A DNA stretch of 64,000 nt, from NCBI GenBank assembly GCA_965249275.1, contig CBDFLQ010000005.1:1-64000 (forward strand), given 5' to 3'. The stretch comes from Dehalococcoidia bacterium. GTDB lineage: Bacteria; Chloroflexota; Dehalococcoidia; Plut-88900. A program made the translations under genes and the position numbers. The notes beneath the pieces were generated by a model. That model was not told where the DNA came from, searched no databases, and was given only the letters and a program-made list of their open reading frames with translations. Below, piece by piece: positions 48,156 to 58,190 of this stretch (its first letter is position 1; each line of letters opens with the position of its first letter).

Positions 48156-48956
48156 CTATTCCCCCACCCCCATCACCTCCCCGAGCCCCGCGCCCAACAC
48201 TTCCTCCACCGCCAGCCCCTCCCGAGGCTTGAATCGCAACTCTCTACCCTCCCACGTAAGCACGTAATCGCTTCCACCACCTGCGTCCAACCGCCCATTG
48301 CCTGAGGTTGCGCCGGTTATGGCCTGGAGAGCGTCGTTGATGCAGCCATCTGGGCCCCAGGCGACCCTCAGTGCAGGCTCTTTCTTGGCGATGCCCCAGT
48401 GGTGAATCGCATGGTCGACCATCCTCGCCCCGAGGGCCGCACCCACGCACCTCACCCCGTGAAAGTTGACCGCCTCGAAAAGCATGTCCCGCAGGAACGA
48501 CGCCCGGTTCCTCTCCCCAGGATGCTCCGTGTCCCTCGAAGTCCTCGCCGAGAATATCGAGTTCCAGCCCGGCGAGTAGCGCTTGATGTCGACTATCGGC
48601 GTGCCGTCTATCATGTCCAGCCGGTCAAGCCGCACGACCCGGCCCTCGACGCCCAACACCCGGGCTGAGGTGAGCCCTATCGGGTTCGGCCTACCCGGCG
48701 CCCTCAACCCGAACACGCCTCTCCCCCGGCCCCCGTGTCTCGAAAGGGTCAGGCTAGACCTGTCCGCCTTGTGGAACCACCCCAGTATCAGCAGATGGGT
48801 GTTCGACTCTATGCCCGCCAGCCCCGCCTCGTATTCGGGGAAAACCTCAATGGACGCGGGCACGCCGTCGATGGGCATTTCATCCCCCTCCCCAACGGAC
48901 AGGACCACCCTCCCGATTGGAATGACACTGTACGGTCCGGCGGTCTCGCTGTTCAT
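48156..48956 (-). CDS. TsaA/TrmO-like methyltransferase domain fused to an FmdE-like domain
   Basis: GVFGLRAPGRPNPIGLT, LDMIDGTPIVDIK; FHGVRCVG..LG, CINDALQAITGATSGNGRL. Confidence 0.85.
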   Translation of the reverse strand: MNSETAGPYSVIPIGRVVLSVGEGDEMPIDGVPASIEVFPEYEAGLAGIESNTHLLILGWFHKADRSSLTLSRHGGRGRGVFGLRAPGRPNPIGLTSARVLGVEGRVVRLDRLDMIDGTPIVDIKRYSPGWNSIFSARTSRDTEHPGERNRASFLRDMLFEAVNFHGVRCVGAALGARMVDHAIHHWGIAKKEPALRVAWGPDGCINDALQAITGATSGNGRLDAGGGSDYVLTWEGRELRFKPREGLAVEEVLGAGLGEVMGVGE

Positions 48957-48960
48957 GTTC

Positions 48961-50154
48961 CTACTGCCCCTTCCAGTAAATCCGGTAGATAGTGCCACTG
49001 CCGTAGTCCGCGACCAGCAGTGATCCGTCCGGGGCCTGCGCCACGTCCAGCGGCCTATCGATGCCTAACGCGAAGTCCGACACCTCCGCCCTGTAAGACT
49101 CCCCCTCCCTCTCAAGTTCCACCCGCACTATCTTCCGCCCGGTGTCCCGAAGGTGGGAGCCCCACTGGGCTATGAACAGGTCGTTGGCGTACTCCTCCGG
49201 GAACATCGAGCCCGTATAGAACACCAGCCCGTTCGCTGAGGAGCGCTGCTCCATCTCGGCTATCGGCGGGAGTGTGCCCTCGCAGTTCGACCCCTGCCCG
49301 TCGCCCCAGCAGTCGGGCCAGCCGTAGTTACCGCCGTCTACCAGCAGGTTCAGCTCTTCGGGGACATTCAGCTCCAGCTCGTCTCTGCCGTTGTCCGCCC
49401 CGAACAGCATCCCGTCCACGGGGTGGAAGGCGATGTCGTAGACGTTGCGCAGGCCGGTGGCGTAAACGCGCATGTCGGTCCCGTCGAGGTTGAATTGAAG
49501 TATCGACGCGCTCAATTCGCTCCGCTCCCGGCAGGCGTTGCACGTCGAGCCCAGGGTCAGGTACATCTTCCCGTCGGGCCCAAAGGCCAGGCCATTGTTC
49601 TGGTGTATCCCCGTCGGCAGCTCCGACACAATCGTCTCAACATCATCGGGCTGTCCGTCTCCGTCCGAGTCCCGCAGCGCAGTAACGGACCCTCTGCTCG
49701 ATACGTACAGCGTGTCTTCCCTGTGCGCCAGCCCCAGCGGTGCGGGAAACCCGCGCGCAAACAGTCCCACCGAGTCCGCCTCCCCGTCCGAGTCCGTATC
49801 CCTCAAAGCGGCAATCGCTCCGTCCTGCTGGCTCACGTACACGACCCCGTCATCCGACACGGCAATGCTGGTCGGGTTGGAAAGTCCGAGAAAGAACACG
49901 TTGGCCTCGAAACCGGGCGGCACCGCCAACCCCGCACCCCCCGCCACGAGGCCCATGTCCTCTTCCATCACTTCCTCCATAGTTGGAGTGGGCCCTGCAG
50001 GTTTCTCAGTAGGGGTTGGCGCAGCAGGTTTCTCAGTGGGGGTTGGAGTGGCAGTCGGGTCTGATGCCCCGCACCCCACCACCAGGACAGCAATAAGCAG
50101 CAGAACGAGAGCTACCGCTTGCAGAACTTTGAATGTTGGAAGTCTAGCTGCCAC
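48961..50154 (-). CDS. Beta-propeller glucose/sorbosone dehydrogenase-like lipoprotein
   Basis: Lipobox VVGC; GSTCNAC.E, ATGLRN, DNGRD, NYGWP. Confidence 0.85.
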   Translation of the reverse strand: MAARLPTFKVLQAVALVLLLIAVLVVGCGASDPTATPTPTEKPAAPTPTEKPAGPTPTMEEVMEEDMGLVAGGAGLAVPPGFEANVFFLGLSNPTSIAVSDDGVVYVSQQDGAIAALRDTDSDGEADSVGLFARGFPAPLGLAHREDTLYVSSRGSVTALRDSDGDGQPDDVETIVSELPTGIHQNNGLAFGPDGKMYLTLGSTCNACRERSELSASILQFNLDGTDMRVYATGLRNVYDIAFHPVDGMLFGADNGRDELELNVPEELNLLVDGGNYGWPDCWGDGQGSNCEGTLPPIAEMEQRSSANGLVFYTGSMFPEEYANDLFIAQWGSHLRDTGRKIVRVELEREGESYRAEVSDFALGIDRPLDVAQAPDGSLLVADYGSGTIYRIYWKGQ

Positions 50155-50309
50155 AAATAACCTTCGGGTTGCGCATCCCCCAAGGTCATTCTACCAACTA
50201 TCCTGGGCGTCTATATGCGGGCATCGGTTGAAGTGTGCTCGAAGTGGAAGGCGCTCTCCAACACTCAAGGTCGCGTCGGGGCCCATACCGCACCGGCTTG
50301 TATTCGCAC

Positions 50310-50933
50310 CTACCAGCCGACGGGCTTCGTGAAGTCGCCCTGGGCGTCCGAGAGTGTGCCGGGGAAAAGGCTAGCACTCAAGGGACCTCGGCGCGGCCTC
50401 CTGTACCAGGAGGCCGCTTTGCATAGCTCGAAACTTGTCTTTTTGCTTGGATCAATGACCCCTATCTGCTTCCCCAACTTGGTTCGAGCCATCATGATGG
50501 GAAGCAGGAGGTCGGAGTCGTTGGAGATCACTACAGCCATTTCGTAGTCATTTTCGAAGCCGTCCAGCAACAGGTAGCTTGCGAGATTGACGTCGGAGCC
50601 CTTCTCCTCGGCGTTGAGTATCTCGACAGTGCTCGGGCCGGTTTGTGGATGCTGCGCCAAGGGTCTCCACTTGGTATTCACGAGGAAATGTCCGTAGTGA
50701 ATGCTCAGGTTCGGGACCGTCTGTAGGGCGCGAAGATACGTCTGCTGACGCTGCGGCTGCGTGGGGTCTCCAGGGCGGTTCACTACAAGGGCGGTGAAAT
50801 AACGTATCCGGCCCATGTCGTGCTGGGGTAGCAAAAGCGACGCCAGCTTTCCGACATCCAGCCAGCGATATGGCGTACCCCGCAGGGCACCACAGTAAAG
50901 ATTAAAGCCGTCAATATAGACGTTGGTACGGAT
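50310..50933 (-). CDS. NYN-domain (LabA/DUF88, PIN-like) ribonuclease; ATC at the expected start position
   Basis: RTNVYIDGFNLY, IRYFTA, EEKGSDVNLA, VISNDSDL. Confidence 0.88.
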   Translation of the reverse strand: MRTNVYIDGFNLYCGALRGTPYRWLDVGKLASLLLPQHDMGRIRYFTALVVNRPGDPTQPQRQQTYLRALQTVPNLSIHYGHFLVNTKWRPLAQHPQTGPSTVEILNAEEKGSDVNLASYLLLDGFENDYEMAVVISNDSDLLLPIMMARTKLGKQIGVIDPSKKTSFELCKAASWYRRPRRGPLSASLFPGTLSDAQGDFTKPVGW

Positions 50934-50947
50934 AAGTGAATGTGCCC

Positions 50948-51015
50948 AAATAAAAGCTAAGGCTGCCTTTCGGCAGCCTTGCGCCCCGCCGCCGAAGCGC
51001 ACGAGGGGGGTACGA
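50948..51015 (-). ncRNA. Candidate structured leader RNA ending in an intrinsic terminator, upstream of the NYN gene
   Basis: CCCC..CGC-UUCG-GCG..GGGG stem, then AAGGCUGCC-GAAA-GGCAGCCUU followed by AGCUUUUAUUU. Confidence 0.55.
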
Positions 51016-51020
51016 ACTGA

Positions 51021-51049
51021 ACTCTATAGTGAGCCTATATAAATGTCAA
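51021..51049 (-). promoter_or_regulatory. sigma70-like promoter TTGACA-N17-TAGAGT
   Basis: Perfect -35 element, 17-nt spacer. Confidence 0.65.
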
Positions 51050-51107
51050 CACTTTTCCCTACCTCGCCATGAGACCCTTGCATAACTGAGTGACACACAG
51101 TTTCCCT

Positions 51108-54100
51108 CTATTCCTCAACAGCAGGCTGTGTAGCTTCAGCATGCGCAGGGGCACCGCGCCGCAACAGCCGGTTCAATTGCCTTGGAATGCTGTCGTTGAA
51201 GAGCATGTAGACGATTGGCAGCACCAGCAGCGTGAGTGCCGTGGAGCTGGTCAGTCCTCCGATAACCACGGTGGCCAGCTCCGCGCTGATCAGGCCGCCG
51301 TCGCCCCCCGTTTCCACTGCCAGCGGCAAAAGCGCAAAGCTGGTGGTTATGGCAGTCATCAGGATGGGCCGCAGCCGTACCCGAGCCCCGGAGATGAGGG
51401 CATCGTAGACTGTCAGGCCCCTGGCGCGTTGTTGCTCGACAAAGGAGATGAGCACGATGGCGTTCGTGACCACGATTCCGATAAGCAGCAGGACGCCCAT
51501 CATCGCCGCCAGGCCGAGGGCCCGGTCCGTCACCGTAAGCGCGACCATCACGCCAACCAGGGCCAGGGGCAGCGTCAGGATGATGACCAACGGGTTTCGC
51601 AAGCTCCCCAAGGCTGCCACCATGACAAGGTAGACAAGGATGATGCCGACTGCCATCGCGGTGAAGATGGCCTGGAAGCCTTCTGCAATGTCCGCAAAGA
51701 TGCCGCCGCTGTTGACGGCGACTCCCGGCGGCAAGTCCAGCGCCGCAATCCTTTCGTCCACCAGGACTCCCACCGCCTGCGTGTCATCCGAGACGATATC
51801 CGCAATGATGCTGGCCGACCTACGTCCGTCCGTACGGCTGATGGACACGGGCCCTTCCCGCAAGACCGGCTCGGCCAGATCACCGAGGGGAGCCGCCCCG
51901 CCCGGTCCGACAATCATCAGCGAACCTAGCTGGTCGACGCTGCCGGTGGATCGGGGGTCGCCGGTGAGTACCACGTCCACGGCTTCCCCATCTACGTTGA
52001 TTGAGGTCACCCGCTGGCCGATTGTGTACTGGCTTATCTGAAGCCCGACCTGCCGTGTGGTCAGGCCGATGCTGCCCGCCTTTTCCGGGTCCACCTCTAT
52101 CGCCACTTCAGGCCGAGCCTCCGCCACGTCGCTTTCCAGGTTTACGATTCCTTCAATGGCGCCTATGGAGGCTGCCAGTTCCTCGGTCACGTCAGAAATG
52201 TGGTTGTAGTTGGGGCCGGTCACAAATATCTCAACGCCACCCGCGGGCGGACCGTCTGAAATCTCGGACACGCGCAGCGTCTGACCCGGCTTCTCGAATT
52301 CATCCCGCAGCGTTTCAGCTATGCCTTCCGGAGCGTCTCCCGAAAGCCGTATGAAGAAACTGGCCTGCTGCAGGCCCATGGGCCCACCGGCTTCACCGGG
52401 ACCGGTAAAGTCACCTCCGCCTATGATCACTGTGTACACGTCGGACAGTTCGTCTACTCGAGTCTCGATCTCGGTAACGGCTTCTACGGTCTGCTCCACG
52501 CTGGAGCCGGGTGGCAGACTAAGCTGGATCTGTAAGAAGCGGTCCCCGTCGCCGCCGAAGAGGTTAACCGGAATGGTGGCCATCAGGCCAAGGCTCCCGA
52601 CGGTGATGAGCGCCGCGGCCAGGAGCGTCACCACCCGATGCCCCAGCGCCCACTTCAGGACGGTGAGGTATGTACGTTGCAGCCAGGTATCCTGTTGCGG
52701 CAGGTCTCCCTCGTCGCCTGCGCCCTCGGGCAGGTCGCCGGGGCGCAGGAGGAACGCGCCCAGGACGGGCACGGCGGTCAGGGCAACCAGCAGGGAGGCA
52801 ATCAGCGCGAAGCTCACCGTCAGTGCGAACGGCAGGAAGAAGGAGCCGACCAGCCCTTGAATGAAGGCCAGAGGCACAAAGACTACAACTGTGGTCATGG
52901 TTGACGCGAAGATTGCAGGCCCGACCTCCCTAGTAGCCTCCAGCGCTGCCCGCCAACGCTCCCGACCCCCCTGTATGTGGCGATAAACGTTCTCCAGCAC
53001 CACGATGGAGTCGTCCACGACTCGGCCCACGGAGATTGCCAGGCCTCCAAGCGTCATGAAGTTCAGGGTCATGTCCTGCCAGTTCATCAGCAGGATGCCC
53101 GTGAACACGCTCAGTGGTATGGACAGGCCGATTACAACGGTGGGGCGCAGCGTGTTGAAAAAGCCGCGCACGACCGTGGGTCGGATGGTCAACATGAAGG
53201 CAAAGACAACCGACACCGCAAACAGGAACCCGAACGTGCCCTCACGGACCAGGTTGTCTATCTGGCCCTGGATTTCGGGACCCTGGTCGGTCACTACAAT
53301 GACGTCGACGTCGTCGGGGATGCCTTCCAGGTTGGCAAGGACATCGTTAACGGCGGTCGTGACGTCCACGGTGTTGGATTCCGGCTCCTTGGACACGCTG
53401 ACGGATAGGCCCGGTTTGCCGTTGGTTCGGGAGATGCTGGATGTCCGACCCGAGCCGAATGTAACGTTCGCCACGTCCGATAGCCGCACCGGTCCGTCCT
53501 CGTTCACTCCCACGACCAAGTCCCGCAAGTCCTCCACCGACTCCAGGGAGTGGGTGGTCTTGGCGATCACGGCCTGTGTCCCATCAAAAAGCAGACCGGC
53601 GGGGAGGGTCACGTTGTTGTCGCGAAGCGCGGAGGAGACCTGAAGGAGGGAGACACCGTTGGCCGACATCTTTTCAAGGTCCGCCGTGACAATGAAGTTG
53701 CGGTCAACGTCCCCGATCAACTGGACCTGCGTAACCCCCTCAATGTCCTCGATCTCCGGGATGATCAGGTCTTGCACCAGCGCCTGGACCTCGACGAGCG
53801 GCCTGTCGGACACCACGCCGAACTGGATTACGGGAAAGGCGTCAGGATCGAAACGGCCCACGGTGGGGTCATCGACGGCGGCCGGGAAATTTACGCCATT
53901 GAGGGCATTCTCAATAAACGCTTCGGCTGCGGCCATATCCGTGCCGTATTGGAATGTGGCAAAGACCGCGGTGTTGCCTTCGGAGGACGTGGACTGAACG
54001 GTCTCCAGTCCATCCGCGCCCGAGATAGCCCGCTCAATCGGGTCCGTAACATCACGGACCACGGCCTCGGGGTCGGCGGACGGATAAGACGCAAATACCG

Positions 54101-54239
54101 TGACCAGGGGGAACTCAATCTGCGGGAACAGTTCCACCTGCATCGAGCGATAGGAAATCACGCCGGAGACCAGGACAAGAATGATCGCCAGAAGGGTAAC
54201 GGTCGGGCGGCGCAAGGCGAATGTTGTAAGGAAGGTCAC
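51108..54239 (-). CDS. RND efflux transporter permease (AcrB/AcrD/AcrF family)
   Basis: 1043 aa; GRVVDDSIVVLEN, GIVVTNAIVL, RLRPILMT. Confidence 0.95.
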   Translation of the reverse strand: MTFLTTFALRRPTVTLLAIILVLVSGVISYRSMQVELFPQIEFPLVTVFASYPSADPEAVVRDVTDPIERAISGADGLETVQSTSSEGNTAVFATFQYGTDMAAAEAFIENALNGVNFPAAVDDPTVGRFDPDAFPVIQFGVVSDRPLVEVQALVQDLIIPEIEDIEGVTQVQLIGDVDRNFIVTADLEKMSANGVSLLQVSSALRDNNVTLPAGLLFDGTQAVIAKTTHSLESVEDLRDLVVGVNEDGPVRLSDVANVTFGSGRTSSISRTNGKPGLSVSVSKEPESNTVDVTTAVNDVLANLEGIPDDVDVIVVTDQGPEIQGQIDNLVREGTFGFLFAVSVVFAFMLTIRPTVVRGFFNTLRPTVVIGLSIPLSVFTGILLMNWQDMTLNFMTLGGLAISVGRVVDDSIVVLENVYRHIQGGRERWRAALEATREVGPAIFASTMTTVVVFVPLAFIQGLVGSFFLPFALTVSFALIASLLVALTAVPVLGAFLLRPGDLPEGAGDEGDLPQQDTWLQRTYLTVLKWALGHRVVTLLAAALITVGSLGLMATIPVNLFGGDGDRFLQIQLSLPPGSSVEQTVEAVTEIETRVDELSDVYTVIIGGGDFTGPGEAGGPMGLQQASFFIRLSGDAPEGIAETLRDEFEKPGQTLRVSEISDGPPAGGVEIFVTGPNYNHISDVTEELAASIGAIEGIVNLESDVAEARPEVAIEVDPEKAGSIGLTTRQVGLQISQYTIGQRVTSINVDGEAVDVVLTGDPRSTGSVDQLGSLMIVGPGGAAPLGDLAEPVLREGPVSISRTDGRRSASIIADIVSDDTQAVGVLVDERIAALDLPPGVAVNSGGIFADIAEGFQAIFTAMAVGIILVYLVMVAALGSLRNPLVIILTLPLALVGVMVALTVTDRALGLAAMMGVLLLIGIVVTNAIVLISFVEQQRARGLTVYDALISGARVRLRPILMTAITTSFALLPLAVETGGDGGLISAELATVVIGGLTSSTALTLLVLPIVYMLFNDSIPRQLNRLLRRGAPAHAEATQPAVEE

Positions 54240-54460
54240 CTGGGGCTCCTGCTGTTCTGCCCTCTGTGGCAGAGGGTCGGTTGTGTAGGGTTATAAGACC
54301 AAGGGATACAAAGGAGGGTTGGCAGAACTTTGTGAAATTCTTACCAATATTTTAGCACGATGTTGTAGCACAAGATTGGCCCGACTCTGAAACCTCAGCC
54401 TATCCTGGTTCCCGCCGAGTCCGCTGCCGTCATGTATAATCCCAACGGAGCCTTCTCACC

Positions 54461-55456
54461 ATGACTTCCAACTACAACGGCAACCCCATGAAGGTCCGCA
54501 TCGGCATTGGCCTTGGGTCCTGGCCCTTCGGCGCGATCACCCCCGCCTCCGTCTTCGATTTCATAGACCGCTGCGAGGCCCTGGACATCGACTCCCTCTG
54601 GCTCAGCGACCGAATAGCCGGCCGCGACGACCTCCTGGAGCCCGTTACATTCATGGCCTTCATGGCATCCCGCATGCGGAACATGCTGTTCGGCACCAGC
54701 GTCCTGGTCCTCCCCGTTCGACATCCCGTAGTCCTTGCCAAGGAGCTTGCCACCCTGGACCTCCTTTCCGGGGGCCGACTCCTCCCCGCCGTCGGAATCG
54801 GCCCGCCTACATCCGAAGACTTCCGGGCCACGGGTATCGAGCAGAAGGGCCGGGGGCGTCGCACCGACGAAGCCATCCGCCTGATGAAACGACTCTGGAC
54901 CGAGGACAGCGTCACCTTCCACGGCGAGTACTACTCCATCGAAAACATCTCGGTCACGCCCAAGCCCGCCCAGCCGGGGGGCCCGCCCATCTGGATCGGG
55001 GGCAGGTCCAAGGCCGCATATAGACGGGCCGGGACCCTGGGCGACGGTTGGCTTTCGTCCAGCATCACCGTTGAGGAGACGGGCGAGGGCGTACGGACCA
55101 TCAAGGCCTACGCCGCCAAGGCTAACCGTGAAGTCCCCGAGGACCATTTCGGAATCTATCTCCCCTTCCTCTTCACCGAGAACCGGGAACGAGACCTCGA
55201 CATCGCCAGGCCCTTCCTCCACGGCAGACCCGACGTACCGGACGACGCCATCTCCGCCGTTGGGAGCCCGGACGAGGTGCGGGCCCGGGTGCAGGAGTAC
55301 ATCGACAAGGGCGCTACCAAGTTCGTCATGAGGCCCGCCTGCCCCGGCAGCATGTGGTTCGACCAGCTGGAGACCCTCGCCCGAGAGGTCATCCAGCCCA
55401 TCCAGACCCCCTTCAGCGTTCGTGAGCGACAGAAACGGGCAGCCGCCGCAGGTTGA
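54461..55456 (+). CDS. LLM-class (luciferase-like) flavin/F420-dependent oxidoreductase
   Basis: SLWLSD, GTSVLVLP.RHP..LAKELATLD.LSGGR, PPIWIGG. Confidence 0.92.
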   Translation: MTSNYNGNPMKVRIGIGLGSWPFGAITPASVFDFIDRCEALDIDSLWLSDRIAGRDDLLEPVTFMAFMASRMRNMLFGTSVLVLPVRHPVVLAKELATLDLLSGGRLLPAVGIGPPTSEDFRATGIEQKGRGRRTDEAIRLMKRLWTEDSVTFHGEYYSIENISVTPKPAQPGGPPIWIGGRSKAAYRRAGTLGDGWLSSSITVEETGEGVRTIKAYAAKANREVPEDHFGIYLPFLFTENRERDLDIARPFLHGRPDVPDDAISAVGSPDEVRARVQEYIDKGATKFVMRPACPGSMWFDQLETLAREVIQPIQTPFSVRERQKRAAAAG

Positions 55457-55549
55457 CCCCCGACATGCCCTTTCCCTTCCATTGGAATCCCATAATAGAA
55501 GCTAGGATTTAGACAAACGCGGGCCGAAGCCCGCAACCGGAGGTGTATT

Positions 55550-56377
55550 TTGCCCTACGAAAACGTGCTATATGAGACCGACGGCCGCGTCGCGACTATT
55601 ACGATGAACCGGCCCGACAAGCTCAACGCCCTCAGTGAGGGGCTCATCGACGACATCGTCGCCGCAGCGGAAGAGGCGGAAGCCGACCGCGAAGTCCGCT
55701 CCATCATCCTCAAGGCCGCCGGTCGAGCCTTCTCCGCAGGCTACGACATTTCCCCAGGTGCCCACGGCGACGGCTCCGACGATCTATACGGCGAGCTCAT
55801 GCGCTTCCGCAAGACCAACATGCAGTGGGGCAAGCTCTGGAACCTCTCCAAGCCCATCATCGCCCAGGTCCACGGCTACTGCCTCGCAGGCGCCACCGAC
55901 CTCGCTACCTCCTGCGACATGATCATCGCCGCCGAGAACAGCACTTTCGGCCTCCCCGACGTCCGGGGCATCGAGTCGGTCGAAAATCACATGTGGACCT
56001 ACCTGGTCGGGCCGCAGTGGGCCAAGCGCATGATGATGACCGGCGACCCCATCGACGGCAAGACCGCCGAGCGCATCGGCCTCATCATGCAGGCCGTCCC
56101 CGCCGACGATCTGGACGCCGAGGTGAAACGCCTCGCCGGTCGGGTGGCCAACATCCCCCTGGAGCTTCTTGCCCCTCACAAGTCGCTGATCAACAAGGTG
56201 ATGGGCCTCATGGGGCACGCGGTCGCCCAACAGCTCGCCTTCGACACGGTCTCCATCACCCACTACTCGGACTCCCGCAAGAACTTCACCGCGATGGCCG
56301 AGAAGGAAGGCCTCCGAGCTGCCCTCCTAAACCGTGACGGCCCCTTCGGCGACTACACCGCCCGCCCGAAGAAGTAG
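55550..56377 (+). CDS. Enoyl-CoA hydratase/crotonase family protein
   Basis: NRPDKLNAL, AFSAGYD, KPIIAQVHGYCLAG. Confidence 0.92.
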   Translation: MPYENVLYETDGRVATITMNRPDKLNALSEGLIDDIVAAAEEAEADREVRSIILKAAGRAFSAGYDISPGAHGDGSDDLYGELMRFRKTNMQWGKLWNLSKPIIAQVHGYCLAGATDLATSCDMIIAAENSTFGLPDVRGIESVENHMWTYLVGPQWAKRMMMTGDPIDGKTAERIGLIMQAVPADDLDAEVKRLAGRVANIPLELLAPHKSLINKVMGLMGHAVAQQLAFDTVSITHYSDSRKNFTAMAEKEGLRAALLNRDGPFGDYTARPKK

Positions 56378-56427
56378 AAGCTTAGCGCAGCGCTGTCCTA
56401 TTGCCCTCCTGGGAATGAAATACCGGG

Positions 56428-56863
56428 TCGTGGGGCCGCTCGTGCTGAGCTTAGTCGAAGTATGAGCGGGGGGTGGGGGAGGTCCGTTGTAGCGGCCAGG
56501 CCTGCCAGTCCCCACTCGACCCTTCGACTACGCTGATGGTGTGCAGGGTGGGTAGCAGCCAAGCGTCGAGGAAAAGGAAATGGCCGGTGTGGGGCCGCTC
56601 GTGCTGAGCTTAATCGAAGTATGAGCGGGGAGCGGGGCAGGCCCGTTCAAGCCGCCAGGTTTGCTAGTCCTCTCTCGACCCTTCGACTACGCTCATTGTG
56701 TGCGGGGTGGGTGGCAGCCAAGCGCAGAGGAAAAGGAAATGGCAGTCGTGGGGCCGCTCGTGCTGAGCTTAGTCGAAGTATGAGCGGGGGGTGGGACAGG
56801 CCTGTTTAAGCGGCCAAGTTTGCGAGTTCTCGCTCGACCCTTCGACAAACTCAGGGTGAGCGG
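56428..56863. repeat. Three tandem ~160-bp units of paired REP-like palindromes (BIME-like)
   Basis: GGGCCGCTCGTGCTGAGCTTAGTCGAAGTATGAGCGGG near 56432, 56591 and 56750, each followed by CTCGACCCTTCGAC; linkers similar to one another. Confidence 0.85.
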
Positions 56864-56945
56864 GATAAGTGAGGATAGGACGTGTAGAAAAGGGGTCCTG
56901 ATCGTATAGAAGACCGCCACGTTTCCAAGTAAGGTTAGTTCAATT

Positions 56946-57740
56946 ATGAATGACCCCCGTGTCGTCGCGCTGCACTACCGCATCGAACACGAGAGTTCCG
57001 TTGACTACAGTAAAGCGGAGCCGGTCGATCACGAAGAAGAGGGATTTGGGCTACGGATAGAAGAAGGCCAGGTGTGCTTTAGGTTGAAGGACGACCATCC
57101 AACTCTGGACTCGGCATTGGAAGTGGTCAACTCTTACATTAGCAATTGGGAGTTGGATGCCACCCTAGCGAGCGGGCCTGGTCAGTTCAAGTTGAGGTTC
57201 GTCAGGCCTGAGGTAGTAGACCGAGCCCCTACCCCAGGCGAGCATAGAGTTTCTGCAAGCCCAATATATTGGGAGTTCGCCACCTCGGTTCCTACAGTCA
57301 CTGTGGGTAGACCGTATCCCAAACCTCCTGTCGGTGTGTCACTTAAACACAATGATGACGTGATGGTTATGCTCGGTCGATATGAGGGCCTTTGTTACGA
57401 GAGGGAAAAGCTACCGTCTGTGGCACAATTCTGTCTCACCATGCTCGAGAAATCAGCGGGAGACCGATCTAAGGTACCCAAGAAGTTTGCGATTGAGAAA
57501 AAGGTGCTCAGTAAAGTCGGAAATCTTGCCGGCAACAAGGGTGGCCGCACCATGGCCAGAAAGGCCAAAGGCATCAATGAGGAGTTCACGCTAGAGGAAA
57601 CTCGATTTCTCCAAAGTGCTGTCAAGGTATTTATTCGGAGAGTGGCAGAGGAGGCACGAACTCCCGGCGGGCCGTTTCGGAAGATCACCGTGAACGACTT
57701 TCCAGAGCTGTGGTCAGAGCACCAACAAGGATGCGTCTGA
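56946..57740 (+). CDS. Hypothetical protein (accessory)
   Basis: 264-aa ORF, lower GC, no recognised motif. Confidence 0.7.
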   Translation: MNDPRVVALHYRIEHESSVDYSKAEPVDHEEEGFGLRIEEGQVCFRLKDDHPTLDSALEVVNSYISNWELDATLASGPGQFKLRFVRPEVVDRAPTPGEHRVSASPIYWEFATSVPTVTVGRPYPKPPVGVSLKHNDDVMVMLGRYEGLCYEREKLPSVAQFCLTMLEKSAGDRSKVPKKFAIEKKVLSKVGNLAGNKGGRTMARKAKGINEEFTLEETRFLQSAVKVFIRRVAEEARTPGGPFRKITVNDFPELWSEHQQGCV

Positions 57741-57814
57741 GTGTATTACTCCCTATCTCTGTCCGCTCTCACTAGACGGTGAGGGTGGGCTTGCTCGTTG
57801 GGGGCAAGCCCACG

Positions 57815-57946
57815 GAGCCTGTCTCATAAGTCCGTTAAACACAGCCCGATTGGATATTCTTGACCAATGCGACGGGTGCCATAGGCACGAATCCAAGTCG
57901 CAAGAAAGCGAGAATTGGGGCGTGCAACGACTTTTGAGACAGGCTC
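57815..57946. mobile_element. 132-bp MITE with IS5/IS1182-like termini
   Basis: Inverted repeats GAGCCTGTCTCATAAGTC / GACTTTTGAGACAGGCTC; CACG duplicated on both sides. Confidence 0.8.
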
Positions 57947-58190
57947 CACGTGGTTGCCCTATCTTTCCCCTCTTCAGCTAGGAAAAGCAATAGAAACTGC
58001 TCGAAGTTCCGCGTCTATCCAATAGACAGGTTGTGTGTGCTCTAACCCCCCCACCCCCTCCCCAATTCTTGCTAAAATACTACATGGAGATGGTGCCCGC
58101 GTTCGCGTTGACTTGCCCCCATGCGGTTGCTATATTTCCCCCCAATTCCCACACAGGCCGTAGTGTAGGCTAACCATAACCGGAGGCTGA

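Noticed and set aside
56428-56863. Possible CRISPR array
   Set aside because: Period is ~160 bp, intervening sequences resemble each other, the repeat is a dispersed REP, and there are no cas genes.
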